Shown one piece after another: positions 22,617 to 31,365 of a stretch of 32,000 bases of DNA (its first letter is position 1; the number at the start of each line of letters is the position of its first letter). Location of the stretch: assembly GCA_022646745.1 (NCBI GenBank), contig CP060262.1, forward strand, positions 1,770,001 through 1,802,000, read 5' to 3'. The DNA is from Planctomycetales bacterium. Its GTDB lineage: Bacteria; 4484-113; JAFGCY01. The notes under the pieces were generated by a model that did no database searches, had not been told where the DNA came from, and saw only the letters and a list, made by a program, of their open reading frames with translations. The translations under genes were made by a program, and so were the position numbers.

Positions 22617-22640
22617 GGCCCCGTTGGGCAAGGAGCGTCT

Positions 22641-23264
22641 GTGATCCTGGTGATTAACGGTCTTGAATGGTTCAGCAAGGGTGGCTGGGCGATGTACCCG
22701 CTCGCGGTCATATCGCTGTACACCGTGTTCGTGATCCTCAACCGGCTGTATTTCTTCACGCGGTTCATCCCGGAAACCGACACTGAACTGGAGAACGTGC
22801 TGCGCGGCACGGCCCTGTTGCCGGAGCGCCTGAATGGCGAACTGGCACCGTTGCTGGCCCGTGGCATGCAGGATGGACGGATTGACCGCCGCCGGGCGGA
22901 ACTGGCCGTCGAGCAGGAGCTGCTGGAGGGAATGCAGTTCCTCAACTCACTGGACACCGTCACCCAGGTGGCGCCGATGTTCGGCCTGATCGGCACCGTG
23001 ACCGGCATGGTGCAGACCTTCCGTACCGTGGCTGAACTGCAGGGCCAGGTCAACCCCTCGGTGCTGGCCGGCGGCATCTGGGAGGCACTGTTGACAACGG
23101 TGGCCGGCCTGATGATCGCCATCCCGGCCGTGATTGCGTTCCGCTACTTCCGCAGCCGGCTGCTGCGCTGGCAGAACCACCTGAACACGATTGTTGACGA
23201 CTGCGTGAAGATCACCGCCGAGCGTGGCCCGGTGCGTGTTGCCGTGGAAGGCGGTGAAGGCTGA
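22641..23264 (+). CDS. exbB: MotA/TolQ/ExbB-family proton channel
   Basis: AAGGAG lies 5 nt before GTG 22641. Three TM segments and the family motif APMFGLIGTVTGMVQTF...GGIWEALLTTVAGLMIAIPAVIAFRYF. Confidence 0.88.
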   Translation: MILVINGLEWFSKGGWAMYPLAVISLYTVFVILNRLYFFTRFIPETDTELENVLRGTALLPERLNGELAPLLARGMQDGRIDRRRAELAVEQELLEGMQFLNSLDTVTQVAPMFGLIGTVTGMVQTFRTVAELQGQVNPSVLAGGIWEALLTTVAGLMIAIPAVIAFRYFRSRLLRWQNHLNTIVDDCVKITAERGPVRVAVEGGEG

Positions 23265-23671
23265 TGAAGGTCAGCCAGATGCTGGAAAGCGGGGGAGGGC
23301 TACCGTTTGCGCCGATGCTGGACGTGATCTTCCTGCTCTTGATCTTCTTCATGCTGATCACGCGCTACCTGCCGCCCTCGCTGTCCGTCACCCTGCCGGA
23401 GGCGGACTCTGCGGCGGTTGACGACAAGCCCTCCGTGATGATATCGATAGACGAGGCCGGACTGCTGGCGGTGGATGGCGTGGAGTACCAGTGGGAGGCC
23501 CTGCCACGCCTGTTCGAGGGCAGCGACCCGGAGACCAGCGTGCGCATTGCGGCTGACCGCGGCACGGACTACGAGCTGGTGGTGCGTGCGATGGATGCCG
23601 CCGGGCAGGCCGGGCTGACGCATATCGCGCTGGAGACCGCGCCAGGTGCGCTGTCCGGTGCAACGAACTGA
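23264..23671 (+). CDS. exbD: ExbD/TolR-family biopolymer transport protein
   Basis: ATG overlaps the exbB stop (TGATG). FAPMLDVIFLLLIFFMLIT contains the conserved TM Asp. Periplasmic domain VMISIDEAGLLAVDG...VRIAADRGTDYELVVRAMDAAGQAG. Confidence 0.88.
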   Translation: MKVSQMLESGGGLPFAPMLDVIFLLLIFFMLITRYLPPSLSVTLPEADSAAVDDKPSVMISIDEAGLLAVDGVEYQWEALPRLFEGSDPETSVRIAADRGTDYELVVRAMDAAGQAGLTHIALETAPGALSGATN

Positions 23672-23724
23672 CAACACAAACCTAACAGGCCCGTGGATGA
23701 CGCGGGCGAGATGGAGGATGCAAG

Positions 23725-25203
23725 GTGGGATACGGTCCCGGCTCCTACAACGGGAAACAGGACTTGCTGGAACAGCTCAGGGCCAAGCGCCGCAAGCGCC
23801 AGGCCCGGCTGCTGGCATTCTCGATCCTGGCTACCGCCGGCTTGCTGGTGCTTGTCGTGCTGGTCATCGGCCTGAAGAGCTGCATCTCCGGCCCGGGGGC
23901 CGGTCCGCAGCAGCTGGACCAGGCGCAGCTGCCACCGGAAGTGCAGACCACGGCTGCCAGCGAGGCCGGCCAGATCGACTTCCGCCCGGAGCCGCTGTTC
24001 ACGGCGCTCGGCAGCGATCTGCTGCTAAGTGCCAACGCCGGCATGGTGGACGGCCAGCCCTCCTCCGGCCTGGTGGAGAAGCTGGTGGCGCATTCGATCA
24101 GTGATGGCAAGCTGGCCTGGGAACGGCCCGTCAATGACATCCTGTCCGGCATGCTGGTCAGCGGTGGCAACCTGGTGGTGCACCGCGAGGACGACCACGG
24201 CTTCAGTGCGCAGGCATTCAGCCTGGCGGATGGCAGCCCGGTGTGGGACTTCAGTATCGACGGCGCGCAGAACATCAGCATCGCGAATGACAACGCCCGG
24301 CTGGCAGTGGCCTACAACCTGGCTGACGGCTACCGCGTGGCGATCTACGACACGGTGAAGGGCGTGAAGGGCAGCGGCAGGATGCTGCAGGGTGCCAACA
24401 GCACGATGCTGGATGTCAGCCGGATGAACATGCGCTTCATCGGAACCCAGCTGCTGTACACGGTCGACCGCACGGTCGGCATGATTGACTTCGAACAGGG
24501 CAGTGCCTGGGCCGAGACCGGCAGCACCCAGGTGATCATCGCCAGCCCGGACCCGGCCAACCGGCAGGTCTATGTGCTGAGCTGGGGGAACGGTGCCGAC
24601 AGCCTTGTGCTCTATGTGCGCGGATTCGGGGATGGCAAGGGCAAGGAACTGGACCGCTTCGAGACCACCGCTGAATGGCCCGTGATGGTGGCTGACGACG
24701 GCTACCTGCTGCTGGCCTGCTCGGACCGGCGCGCTGACGGGAAGTTCGACACGACCGTGCGCCTGTTCCGCAAAGACTCGCGCGACACCTATGTGCGCGA
24801 GACGCTGGAGGGCGTGGTCGTCGAGGACGCGATGCCACTGGCCAGCGGGCTGTTCGTGCTGGGCACCAACCGCAGCACCGGCAATCCTGACAACCCGGCC
24901 AGCGGCGGGCAGCTGCACCTTGTCAATGCCGAGGACGGCAGTGTGACCGAGTTCGAGGGCATGCGCGAGAACGTGGAGTACACCATCCGCTTCGGTGAGG
25001 ACCGGCTGGTGCTGCTTGACAACGGCGACATCCGCCGCATCGAACTCGGGGACTCCCGTGCGGTAAAAGTGCGCCGCGCCGCCTACCCGATGCTCAGGCC
25101 GCTGTTCAGCCCTGACATGGACGTGCTCGGCGTGCTCAGCACCCAGCCGGAGTCAGTGCCGGGCAGTGCCGGCAGCCGCATGCAGGCCGTGATCTTCCGC
25201 TAG
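23725..25203 (+). CDS. Signal-anchored periplasmic protein with PQQ/BamB-like beta-propeller repeats
   Basis: GGAGGA lies 6 nt before GTG 23725. Basic N-terminus RAKRRKRQAR then TM segment LLAFSILATAGLLVLVVLVIGL. Repeated D-G-x-x-x-W / strand patterns (DGKLAWERPV, DGSPVWDFSI, ...). The propeller call is by pattern only. Confidence 0.6.
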   Translation: MGYGPGSYNGKQDLLEQLRAKRRKRQARLLAFSILATAGLLVLVVLVIGLKSCISGPGAGPQQLDQAQLPPEVQTTAASEAGQIDFRPEPLFTALGSDLLLSANAGMVDGQPSSGLVEKLVAHSISDGKLAWERPVNDILSGMLVSGGNLVVHREDDHGFSAQAFSLADGSPVWDFSIDGAQNISIANDNARLAVAYNLADGYRVAIYDTVKGVKGSGRMLQGANSTMLDVSRMNMRFIGTQLLYTVDRTVGMIDFEQGSAWAETGSTQVIIASPDPANRQVYVLSWGNGADSLVLYVRGFGDGKGKELDRFETTAEWPVMVADDGYLLLACSDRRADGKFDTTVRLFRKDSRDTYVRETLEGVVVEDAMPLASGLFVLGTNRSTGNPDNPASGGQLHLVNAEDGSVTEFEGMRENVEYTIRFGEDRLVLLDNGDIRRIELGDSRAVKVRRAAYPMLRPLFSPDMDVLGVLSTQPESVPGSAGSRMQAVIFR

Positions 25204-25205
25204 GC

Positions 25206-26450
25206 TCAGGCGCGGCGGAACAGAAGCACGGCATTCTGGCCACCGAAGCCGAAGGTGTTGCACATCGTGTAGTCGCCATGGAAGGGCACTGCCTCGTTCG
25301 GCACGTAGTCCAGGTCGCAGTCCGGGTCCGCTTCCTCGTAGTTGATCGTCGGCGGCAGCTCATTGCGCTCGAAGGCCTTGATGCTGAGGATGCCCTCGAT
25401 TGCGGCCGCGGCGCCGAGCAGGTGGCCGTGCATGGACTTCGTTGACGACACCTTCAGCTTGTAGGCCAGGTCGCCGAACACGGCCTTGATCGCGGCGGTC
25501 TCCGCGCGGTCGTTCAGGGGAGTGCTGGTGCCATGCGCGTTGACGTAGGTCACTTCCTCGCGCTTGACGCCGGCATCCTCCATCGCCCACTTCATCGCCA
25601 GCTGTGCACCGGCGCCGTCATCCGGCGGGGCCGTGACGTGGTAGGCATCCGCACTGGCGCCATAGCCGACGACCTCGGCGTAGATCTTCGCATTGCGGGC
25701 CACGGCGTGCTCCCATTCCTCGAGGATCATCACGCCGCTGCCCTCGCCCATCACGAAGCCGCTGCGGCGCTTCTCGAACGGGCGGCTGCCCTTCTCGGGC
25801 TCGTCATTGAAGTCGAATGTCAGCGCCTTCAGGGTGGAGAAGCCGCCGATGCCGACCTGGTTCAGTGCACTCTCGGTACCGCCCGCGATCATCACGTCCG
25901 TGCGGCCGTGGCGGATCGCCAGCGCGGCCTCGCCGATGCTGTGGCCACTGGTGGCGCAAGCGCTGGTCACGCAGAAGCAGGGGCCATGCACGCCCCATTC
26001 CTTGGCGACGACGCCAGCCGGCATATTGGCAATCGCGTTGATGATGAAGAACGGCGAGATGCGCTCAGCGCCCTTCTCGGCGGAGCGCATGATCTGCTCC
26101 TCGAGGGTGCGCAGGCCGCCGATGCCGCTGCCGATGAACACGCCGGTGCGGGTCTTTAAGTCACCCTCGAAGCTGATGCCGCTGTCCAGCACGGCCATCT
26201 TCGCCGCCGCCGTGGCCTGCAGGATGCTCTGCTCCAGCCGGCGCGCGTCACGCGGCTCGACGAAGTAGGACGGGGCGTCGAAGTCCGGGCATTCCGCGCC
26301 GATCTGGCAGGGGAAGTTGGCCGGGTCGAAGCCGCTGATCCGGCGCACGCAGCTCTTCCCGGCGAACACGCTGTCGGTGAGCACGTCCACGCCGGCGCCG
26401 AATCCGCTGACGGCACCCATTCCGGTAACTGCAACTCTGCGTCGTTCCAT
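25206..26450 (-). CDS. fabF: 3-oxoacyl-ACP synthase II
   Basis: RRVAVTGMGAVSGFG N-terminus, active-site ACATSGHSIGEA, HGTSTPLND, and GHLLGAAAAIE. SD GGAGAGGAGA lies upstream on the minus strand. Confidence 0.93.
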   Translation of the reverse strand: MERRRVAVTGMGAVSGFGAGVDVLTDSVFAGKSCVRRISGFDPANFPCQIGAECPDFDAPSYFVEPRDARRLEQSILQATAAAKMAVLDSGISFEGDLKTRTGVFIGSGIGGLRTLEEQIMRSAEKGAERISPFFIINAIANMPAGVVAKEWGVHGPCFCVTSACATSGHSIGEAALAIRHGRTDVMIAGGTESALNQVGIGGFSTLKALTFDFNDEPEKGSRPFEKRRSGFVMGEGSGVMILEEWEHAVARNAKIYAEVVGYGASADAYHVTAPPDDGAGAQLAMKWAMEDAGVKREEVTYVNAHGTSTPLNDRAETAAIKAVFGDLAYKLKVSSTKSMHGHLLGAAAAIEGILSIKAFERNELPPTINYEEADPDCDLDYVPNEAVPFHGDYTMCNTFGFGGQNAVLLFRRA

Positions 26451-26467
26451 GTGTTTCTCCTCTCCTC

Positions 26468-27220
26468 TCAGGCCGGGTAGCCGCCGCCATTCACGTGCAG
26501 GCAGGCCCCGGATACATATGACGCCGCCGGTCCCGCGAGGAACAGCACCGCTGCCGCGATCTCCTCCGGTGTGCCGAAGCGGGCCAGCGGGATGCGGCTG
26601 ACGAAGTCAGCGCGCAGCTCATCGCTGAGGTTCTCGGTCATGCCTGTGTCCACCAGGCCGGGCACGATGCAGTTCACGCGGATGGCCTTCGGGCCGTACT
26701 CCAGCGCGAGGCTGCGGGTCAGGCTGACGACGCCGCCCTTGGCAGCGCTGTAGTTCGCCTGTCCGGCGCTGCCCGCGAAGGCGGCAACGCTTGCGATGTT
26801 CACGATCGACCCGCCGCCCTTGCGCATCATTGCGATCGCGGAGCGGCAGCAGTAGAACACGCCGTCCAGGTTGACGGCAAGCGAGTCACGCCACTGCTCG
26901 TCCTTCATCAGCAGCGCCAGGCCGTCCAGCCTCGCGCCGGCATTGTTGACGAGGATGTCCAGCCGGCCGCAGCGCTGCTTGACCTCGGCGAAGCCGGCGT
27001 TCACGGCCGCGCTGTCGCTCACGTCGAACTGCAGCGTCCAGGCCGTGCCTCCCGCTGCCACGATCTCTGCTGCGACGGCCTCGGCGGCCTCGGCGCTGTC
27101 CAGGTAGTTGACAACCACCTGGGCACCCTGCGCCGCCAGGGCACGGGCGCAGGCGGCACCGATTCCGGTGCCTCCGCCGGTCACCAGCGCGACCATTCCT
27201 TCAAGCGGGCGGCTGCTCAT
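26468..27220 (-). CDS. fabG: 3-oxoacyl-ACP reductase (SDR)
   Basis: VALVTGGGTGIGAA, NNAG, and catalytic NYSAAKGG. Its start overlaps the fabD stop (ATGA). Confidence 0.9.
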   Translation of the reverse strand: MSSRPLEGMVALVTGGGTGIGAACARALAAQGAQVVVNYLDSAEAAEAVAAEIVAAGGTAWTLQFDVSDSAAVNAGFAEVKQRCGRLDILVNNAGARLDGLALLMKDEQWRDSLAVNLDGVFYCCRSAIAMMRKGGGSIVNIASVAAFAGSAGQANYSAAKGGVVSLTRSLALEYGPKAIRVNCIVPGLVDTGMTENLSDELRADFVSRIPLARFGTPEEIAAAVLFLAGPAASYVSGACLHVNGGGYPA

Positions 27221-28164
27221 GACAGCTCCTCCAGCCAGGCCGCCAGGCCTTCGGCATCACTGCGGGCATCCACGTTGTAGGTGCGGATGTCACGGTTGGT
27301 CTTCACGGTCAGCATCCGCAGCACCTTGCCCGGGCCGATTTCCAGCAGGTCCGTCACGCCACTGGCGGCAAACCACGCGATGGTGTCGGTCCAGCGCACG
27401 GGGTTGAAGATCTGCGCATGCAGGTGCATCGCATACTGCATCGGGTCCGTCGGGTAGGGCTGCACGGTCAGGTTGGCAACCACCGGCAGCTCTGTCGTGG
27501 CGAAGGCCGTGCCGTCAAGCATCGGCTTCAGGGCATCCGCCGCGGGGGTCATCAGTTCACAGTGGAAGGGTGCGCTGACCGGCAGCTCGACCACGCGCTT
27601 GGCACCGGCACTGGAGTACTGCTCCATCGCCGCGTGCACCGCATCGGCATGGCCGCTGACAACGGTCTGCTCCGGGCTGTTGAAGTTGGCCTCGGCCAGC
27701 ACCCGTCCGGGCAGTGACTTGCGCACTTCCGCATCGATGCTGCGGATCTGCTCCGCCTCCATCCCGATCACGGCGGCCATCGCGCCCGTGCCCTGCGGCA
27801 CCGCTTCCTGCATCAGCTCACCACGCCGGTTGACGATGCGTACCGCGTCGGCAAAGTCGAGCGCGCCACTGGCAACCAGTCCGCTGTACTCGCCGAGGCT
27901 GTGCCCGGCCATGCAGGCCACCTCCGGCAGCTGGCCCTGCAGGGCGCGCCAGATCGCGATCGAAGCCGTCAGGATGGCGGGCTGCTGGTTGCTGGTCAGG
28001 CGCAGCTGCTCCTCCGGGCCGTTGAAGCACAGCTCCGAAAGGGGGAAGCCCAGCGCTGCATCAGCCTCGGCAAAGGTCTGCGCCACCGCGGGGACGTCCA
28101 TCCAGTCCTGGCACATCCCGACGCGCTGGCTGCCCTGTCCCGGGAATACCACTGCCAGACTCAT
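27217..28164 (-). CDS. fabD: Malonyl-CoA:ACP transacylase
   Basis: VVFPGQGSQRVGM, active-site GHSLGEYSGLV, and VSAPFHCELM. Confidence 0.92.
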   Translation of the reverse strand: MSLAVVFPGQGSQRVGMCQDWMDVPAVAQTFAEADAALGFPLSELCFNGPEEQLRLTSNQQPAILTASIAIWRALQGQLPEVACMAGHSLGEYSGLVASGALDFADAVRIVNRRGELMQEAVPQGTGAMAAVIGMEAEQIRSIDAEVRKSLPGRVLAEANFNSPEQTVVSGHADAVHAAMEQYSSAGAKRVVELPVSAPFHCELMTPAADALKPMLDGTAFATTELPVVANLTVQPYPTDPMQYAMHLHAQIFNPVRWTDTIAWFAASGVTDLLEIGPGKVLRMLTVKTNRDIRTYNVDARSDAEGLAAWLEELS

Positions 28165-28221
28165 CCGCCGACTCCTGAGATTGATTGCATCACCTGTGCG
28201 TATATCATCCTTCCCACCGGA

Positions 28222-29241
28222 TTATCCATTCCCTGCCAGCGGGTCGCCCCATACGAGGTAGGTCGCACCCCAGGTGAAGCCCGCGCCGAAGGTCATCAGC
28301 ACGACCTTCTGGCCCACCGCCAGCTTGTTGTCAGTGTACAGTTCATCGATCCCGATCGGGATCGTGCCGGAGGTGGTGTTGCCATAACGGTCAATGTTGA
28401 CCACAAAGCGCTCTTCCGGCATCTTCAGGCGCTCGCGCACGCTGTCAATGATGCGCTTGTTGGCCTGGTGCGGCACGAACCAGTCGATCTGGTCCGGCGT
28501 CAACCCGGCCTTGGCGATCACTTCCTCGACGATCGCGTTCATCGTGCGCACCGCATTCGTGTAGACCTCGCGGCCGGACATGTGGATGTAGTGCCCATGG
28601 CGCGCCAGGCTGTCCGGGTTCGGCGGGTTGACGCTGCCGCCGTCCGGCTGCCAGAGCTTGTAGGCCAGCGAGCCATCCGAGCCCAGCACGAACTCGCGCA
28701 GGCCGAAGCCCTGCGGGTTGTCCGCCGGGTCGACGGCCTCCAGCAGCAGCGCCCCGGCACCGTCGCCGAACAGCACGCAGGTGGCGCGGTCGGTGAAGTC
28801 GAGGATCGAGGTCATCTTTTCGCTGCCGATCACCAGCGCACGCTTGTTCACACCGCTTGCCAGCATGCCGTAGGCCAGGCTGAGCGCATAGACAAAGCCG
28901 CCGCAGGCCGCATTCACATCGAACGACCAGGCGGTGCGGTTGCCGAGGTTCTCCTGGATGAAGTTCGCCGTGGCTGGGAAAATCCGGTCACCTGTCACGG
29001 TGGCGCAGATGATCAGGTCCACTTCAGAGGTATCGACACCGGCGCGCTCAAGGCACTGCTGGGCAGCCTTGGTGCCCATGTCGGAGTTGCGCTCATCCGG
29101 GGCCGCAAAGCGGCGCTCACGGATGCCCGTGCGATCGCGGATCCACTCGTCACTGGTGTCGAGGATCGTGGCGAAATGGTCATTTGTAATGACCTTCTCA
29201 GGCAGGTAGCGGCCTGAGCTGCGTATGACCACATCTTTCAT
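28222..29241 (-). CDS. fabH: 3-oxoacyl-ACP synthase III
   Basis: ATG at 29241 gives MKDVVIRSSGRYLPEKVITNDHF...TSDEWIRDRTGIRERRF. Active-site NAACGGFVYAL and C-terminal GAGFTWGA are present. The ORF-track extension to 29889 is an out-of-context Arg/Pro-rich read through plsX. Confidence 0.92.
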   Translation of the reverse strand: MKDVVIRSSGRYLPEKVITNDHFATILDTSDEWIRDRTGIRERRFAAPDERNSDMGTKAAQQCLERAGVDTSEVDLIICATVTGDRIFPATANFIQENLGNRTAWSFDVNAACGGFVYALSLAYGMLASGVNKRALVIGSEKMTSILDFTDRATCVLFGDGAGALLLEAVDPADNPQGFGLREFVLGSDGSLAYKLWQPDGGSVNPPNPDSLARHGHYIHMSGREVYTNAVRTMNAIVEEVIAKAGLTPDQIDWFVPHQANKRIIDSVRERLKMPEERFVVNIDRYGNTTSGTIPIGIDELYTDNKLAVGQKVVLMTFGAGFTWGATYLVWGDPLAGNG

Positions 29242-29282
29242 AACGTGGGGAACATTATGACACCAGTGTGCTGCCGGCAGCG

Positions 29283-30338
29283 CTATTCGGCCGCGCTGGG
29301 GGCGTAGCCCTCCATCACTTCCTCGACGCGGTGCACGAGGTCCTTGCTGCTCAGTTCGTAACCGACCTTGAGTGCATTGCGGATCGCCAGCGCATTGCTG
29401 CGCCCGTGGCAGATGATCACGTTCCCCTTCAGACCGAGCAGCGGCGCTCCACCCCACTGGGCGTAGTCCGTGCGGTTGCGGATCTCTTTCAGGGCCGGGC
29501 CGAGGAACAGCTTGGCCACCAGCGCATTGAACATGTTGCGCTTCAGCGCAGAGCGCATGGTGTCGGCCATGAATGTGCCGACGCCTTCCGCCAGCTTGAG
29601 CGTGATGTTGCCGAGGAAGCCGTCGCAGACCATGATGTCCACATTGCCGTCGAACAGGGAATGCCCCTCCACGTAACCGACGCAGTTCAGATTCGGGTCC
29701 GCCTCGATCAGGGCACGGGCTTCCTTCACTAGGGTGTTGCCCTTGTAATCCTCGGTGCCGTTGCTCAAGAGCGCGATGCGCGGGCTCTGCTTGTTGTAGA
29801 GCGTGCGCACGAACTGGTTGGCTAGCACGGCGAACTGGTGCAGGTGCACCGGCTTGCAGTCGACGTTGCTGCCGCCGTCCACGAACCACATGTCGCCTTT
29901 GTGGGTGGGCAGCGGGGTGCCGATCGGCGGGCGGTCGATGCCCTTCTCGCGGCCCAGCGTGAACAGTCCGGCGGTCATCACGAGCCCGGTCGTGCCGGGG
30001 CTGATCACCGCGCTCTGCGGATGCTGCTTCGCAATCTCCATCGAGCGGCGGATGCTGCTGTCCGGGTACTTCTTGTAGGCATCCACCGGGCTGGTGAATT
30101 CCTTGGGCAGCACATCCTTCGCATGCTCGAAGCGCACGCTGAAGTCCGGGCTGTTGCTGCTGTCCAGCGCGATCTGCCGCCGCAGGTCCTCGATCTCGTC
30201 CGGTGCGCTGTGCACCACCACGATATCGAACTCGCGGCCGCGCATCACGTCACAGAAATCAGCCACGCCGCGCAGCATCTCAGCGACACCCTGGTCACTG
30301 CCCATCACGTCCATGATCAGTGTCGGCCGTTTTGCCAT
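29283..30338 (-). CDS. plsX: Phosphate acyltransferase PlsX
   Basis: IMDVMGSDQG N-terminal motif, LLSNGTEDYKGN, VCDGFLGNITLKLAEG, and GAPLLGLKGNVIICHGRSN. Conserved plsX-fabH-fabD-fabG-fabF order. Confidence 0.9.
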   Translation of the reverse strand: MAKRPTLIMDVMGSDQGVAEMLRGVADFCDVMRGREFDIVVVHSAPDEIEDLRRQIALDSSNSPDFSVRFEHAKDVLPKEFTSPVDAYKKYPDSSIRRSMEIAKQHPQSAVISPGTTGLVMTAGLFTLGREKGIDRPPIGTPLPTHKGDMWFVDGGSNVDCKPVHLHQFAVLANQFVRTLYNKQSPRIALLSNGTEDYKGNTLVKEARALIEADPNLNCVGYVEGHSLFDGNVDIMVCDGFLGNITLKLAEGVGTFMADTMRSALKRNMFNALVAKLFLGPALKEIRNRTDYAQWGGAPLLGLKGNVIICHGRSNALAIRNALKVGYELSSKDLVHRVEEVMEGYAPSAAE

Positions 30339-30362
30339 CAGGCACCTATTATATAAACCGTA

Positions 30363-31310
30363 ATGCTCAGATTGATATACAGCCTGCTGGCCCTGCTGCT
30401 GCTGTTCCCCACCACTGCATGGTGCCAGGAGGAACAGCTGCTCAGCCGCGAGCAGTTGCTGGAGCTATACGGTGACTCAACTGACGAGCTTAATGAGACT
30501 GAAGCGAATGCCCTGCTGCTGGACCTCGTGAACCACGAGCGTGAGCAGGCCGGCCTGCCCAAGCTGGCCCCACTGGACCTGGCGGCCTTCATGGCCCGTC
30601 GACACGCTTCAGACATGGCGCGCGATGGATACAGCGCTCACTACGATACGGACGGACGCAACCCGGTGGAACGCTACAACCGGCTCGGTGGCACGGACTA
30701 TGTGCAGGAGAACCTGATCCTGCTGGAGATTGACTGGCCGCTACTGCTGACCGAGCGGCTCGTACGCTCATTCCACCGCGAGTGGATGGCCAGTCCGGAG
30801 CACCGGCGCACCCTGCTCAGTCCTCAGGCCACGCACTACGGCAGTTCCTTCGAGCTGTTCCGGGTGGGAGGCCTGTACCGCATGGGAGCGGTGCAGGAAT
30901 TCGTCTGCGAGCGCGGGGACTACAGCCGCCTGCCGCAGCTGATGTCCGTCGGTGAGCGCCTGCAGCTGGGCGGACAGTTCCAGCAGGGCGTGGAGCCGGG
31001 CTACATCGGCATCGGGCTGCAGCCGACAGCCGCAGGCCTCAGTCCGGCACAGCTCAATGCCATGCCGAAGTACTACACCCTGCCTGAGGAGAGTTTCCAG
31101 CTGCCGCTTGACCCGCAGCTGATCGAACAGGCGATGCAACTGCCCTCGGCACGCGCATCCTACGATGCCCAGGCCAGCAGCTTCAGCCTTGAACTGGAAA
31201 TCCCTGCGGACTGGGCGGGCCGGACCGCCTACTTCTACATCTTCGCCCAGCCACCGGGAGACACTGAACTGCGCTGCATTTCCTGCCAGACCGTATCAAT
31301 CGAAAGTTAA
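30363..31310 (+). CDS. Secreted CAP/SCP (YkwD-like) domain protein with extra C-terminal domain
   Basis: Signal peptide MLRLIYSLLALLLLFPTTAWC then QEE. CAP-like core LVNHEREQAGLPKL...ARRHASDMARDGYSAHY...NRLGG...ENL...HREWMASPEHRRTLLSP...HYG. Confidence 0.7.
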   Translation: MLRLIYSLLALLLLFPTTAWCQEEQLLSREQLLELYGDSTDELNETEANALLLDLVNHEREQAGLPKLAPLDLAAFMARRHASDMARDGYSAHYDTDGRNPVERYNRLGGTDYVQENLILLEIDWPLLLTERLVRSFHREWMASPEHRRTLLSPQATHYGSSFELFRVGGLYRMGAVQEFVCERGDYSRLPQLMSVGERLQLGGQFQQGVEPGYIGIGLQPTAAGLSPAQLNAMPKYYTLPEESFQLPLDPQLIEQAMQLPSARASYDAQASSFSLELEIPADWAGRTAYFYIFAQPPGDTELRCISCQTVSIES

Positions 31311-31365
31311 ATCCCGGTTAAGTGGACAAGTCCTGTGCAAGCATGAGAATGCAGTGGGCAAGTAA

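Noticed and set aside
29242-29889. Upstream 216-aa extension of the fabH ORF
   Set aside because: It overlaps plsX in another frame and gives an Arg/Pro/Gly-rich translation. The canonical FabH N-terminus MKDVVIRSSGRYLPE begins at 29241.
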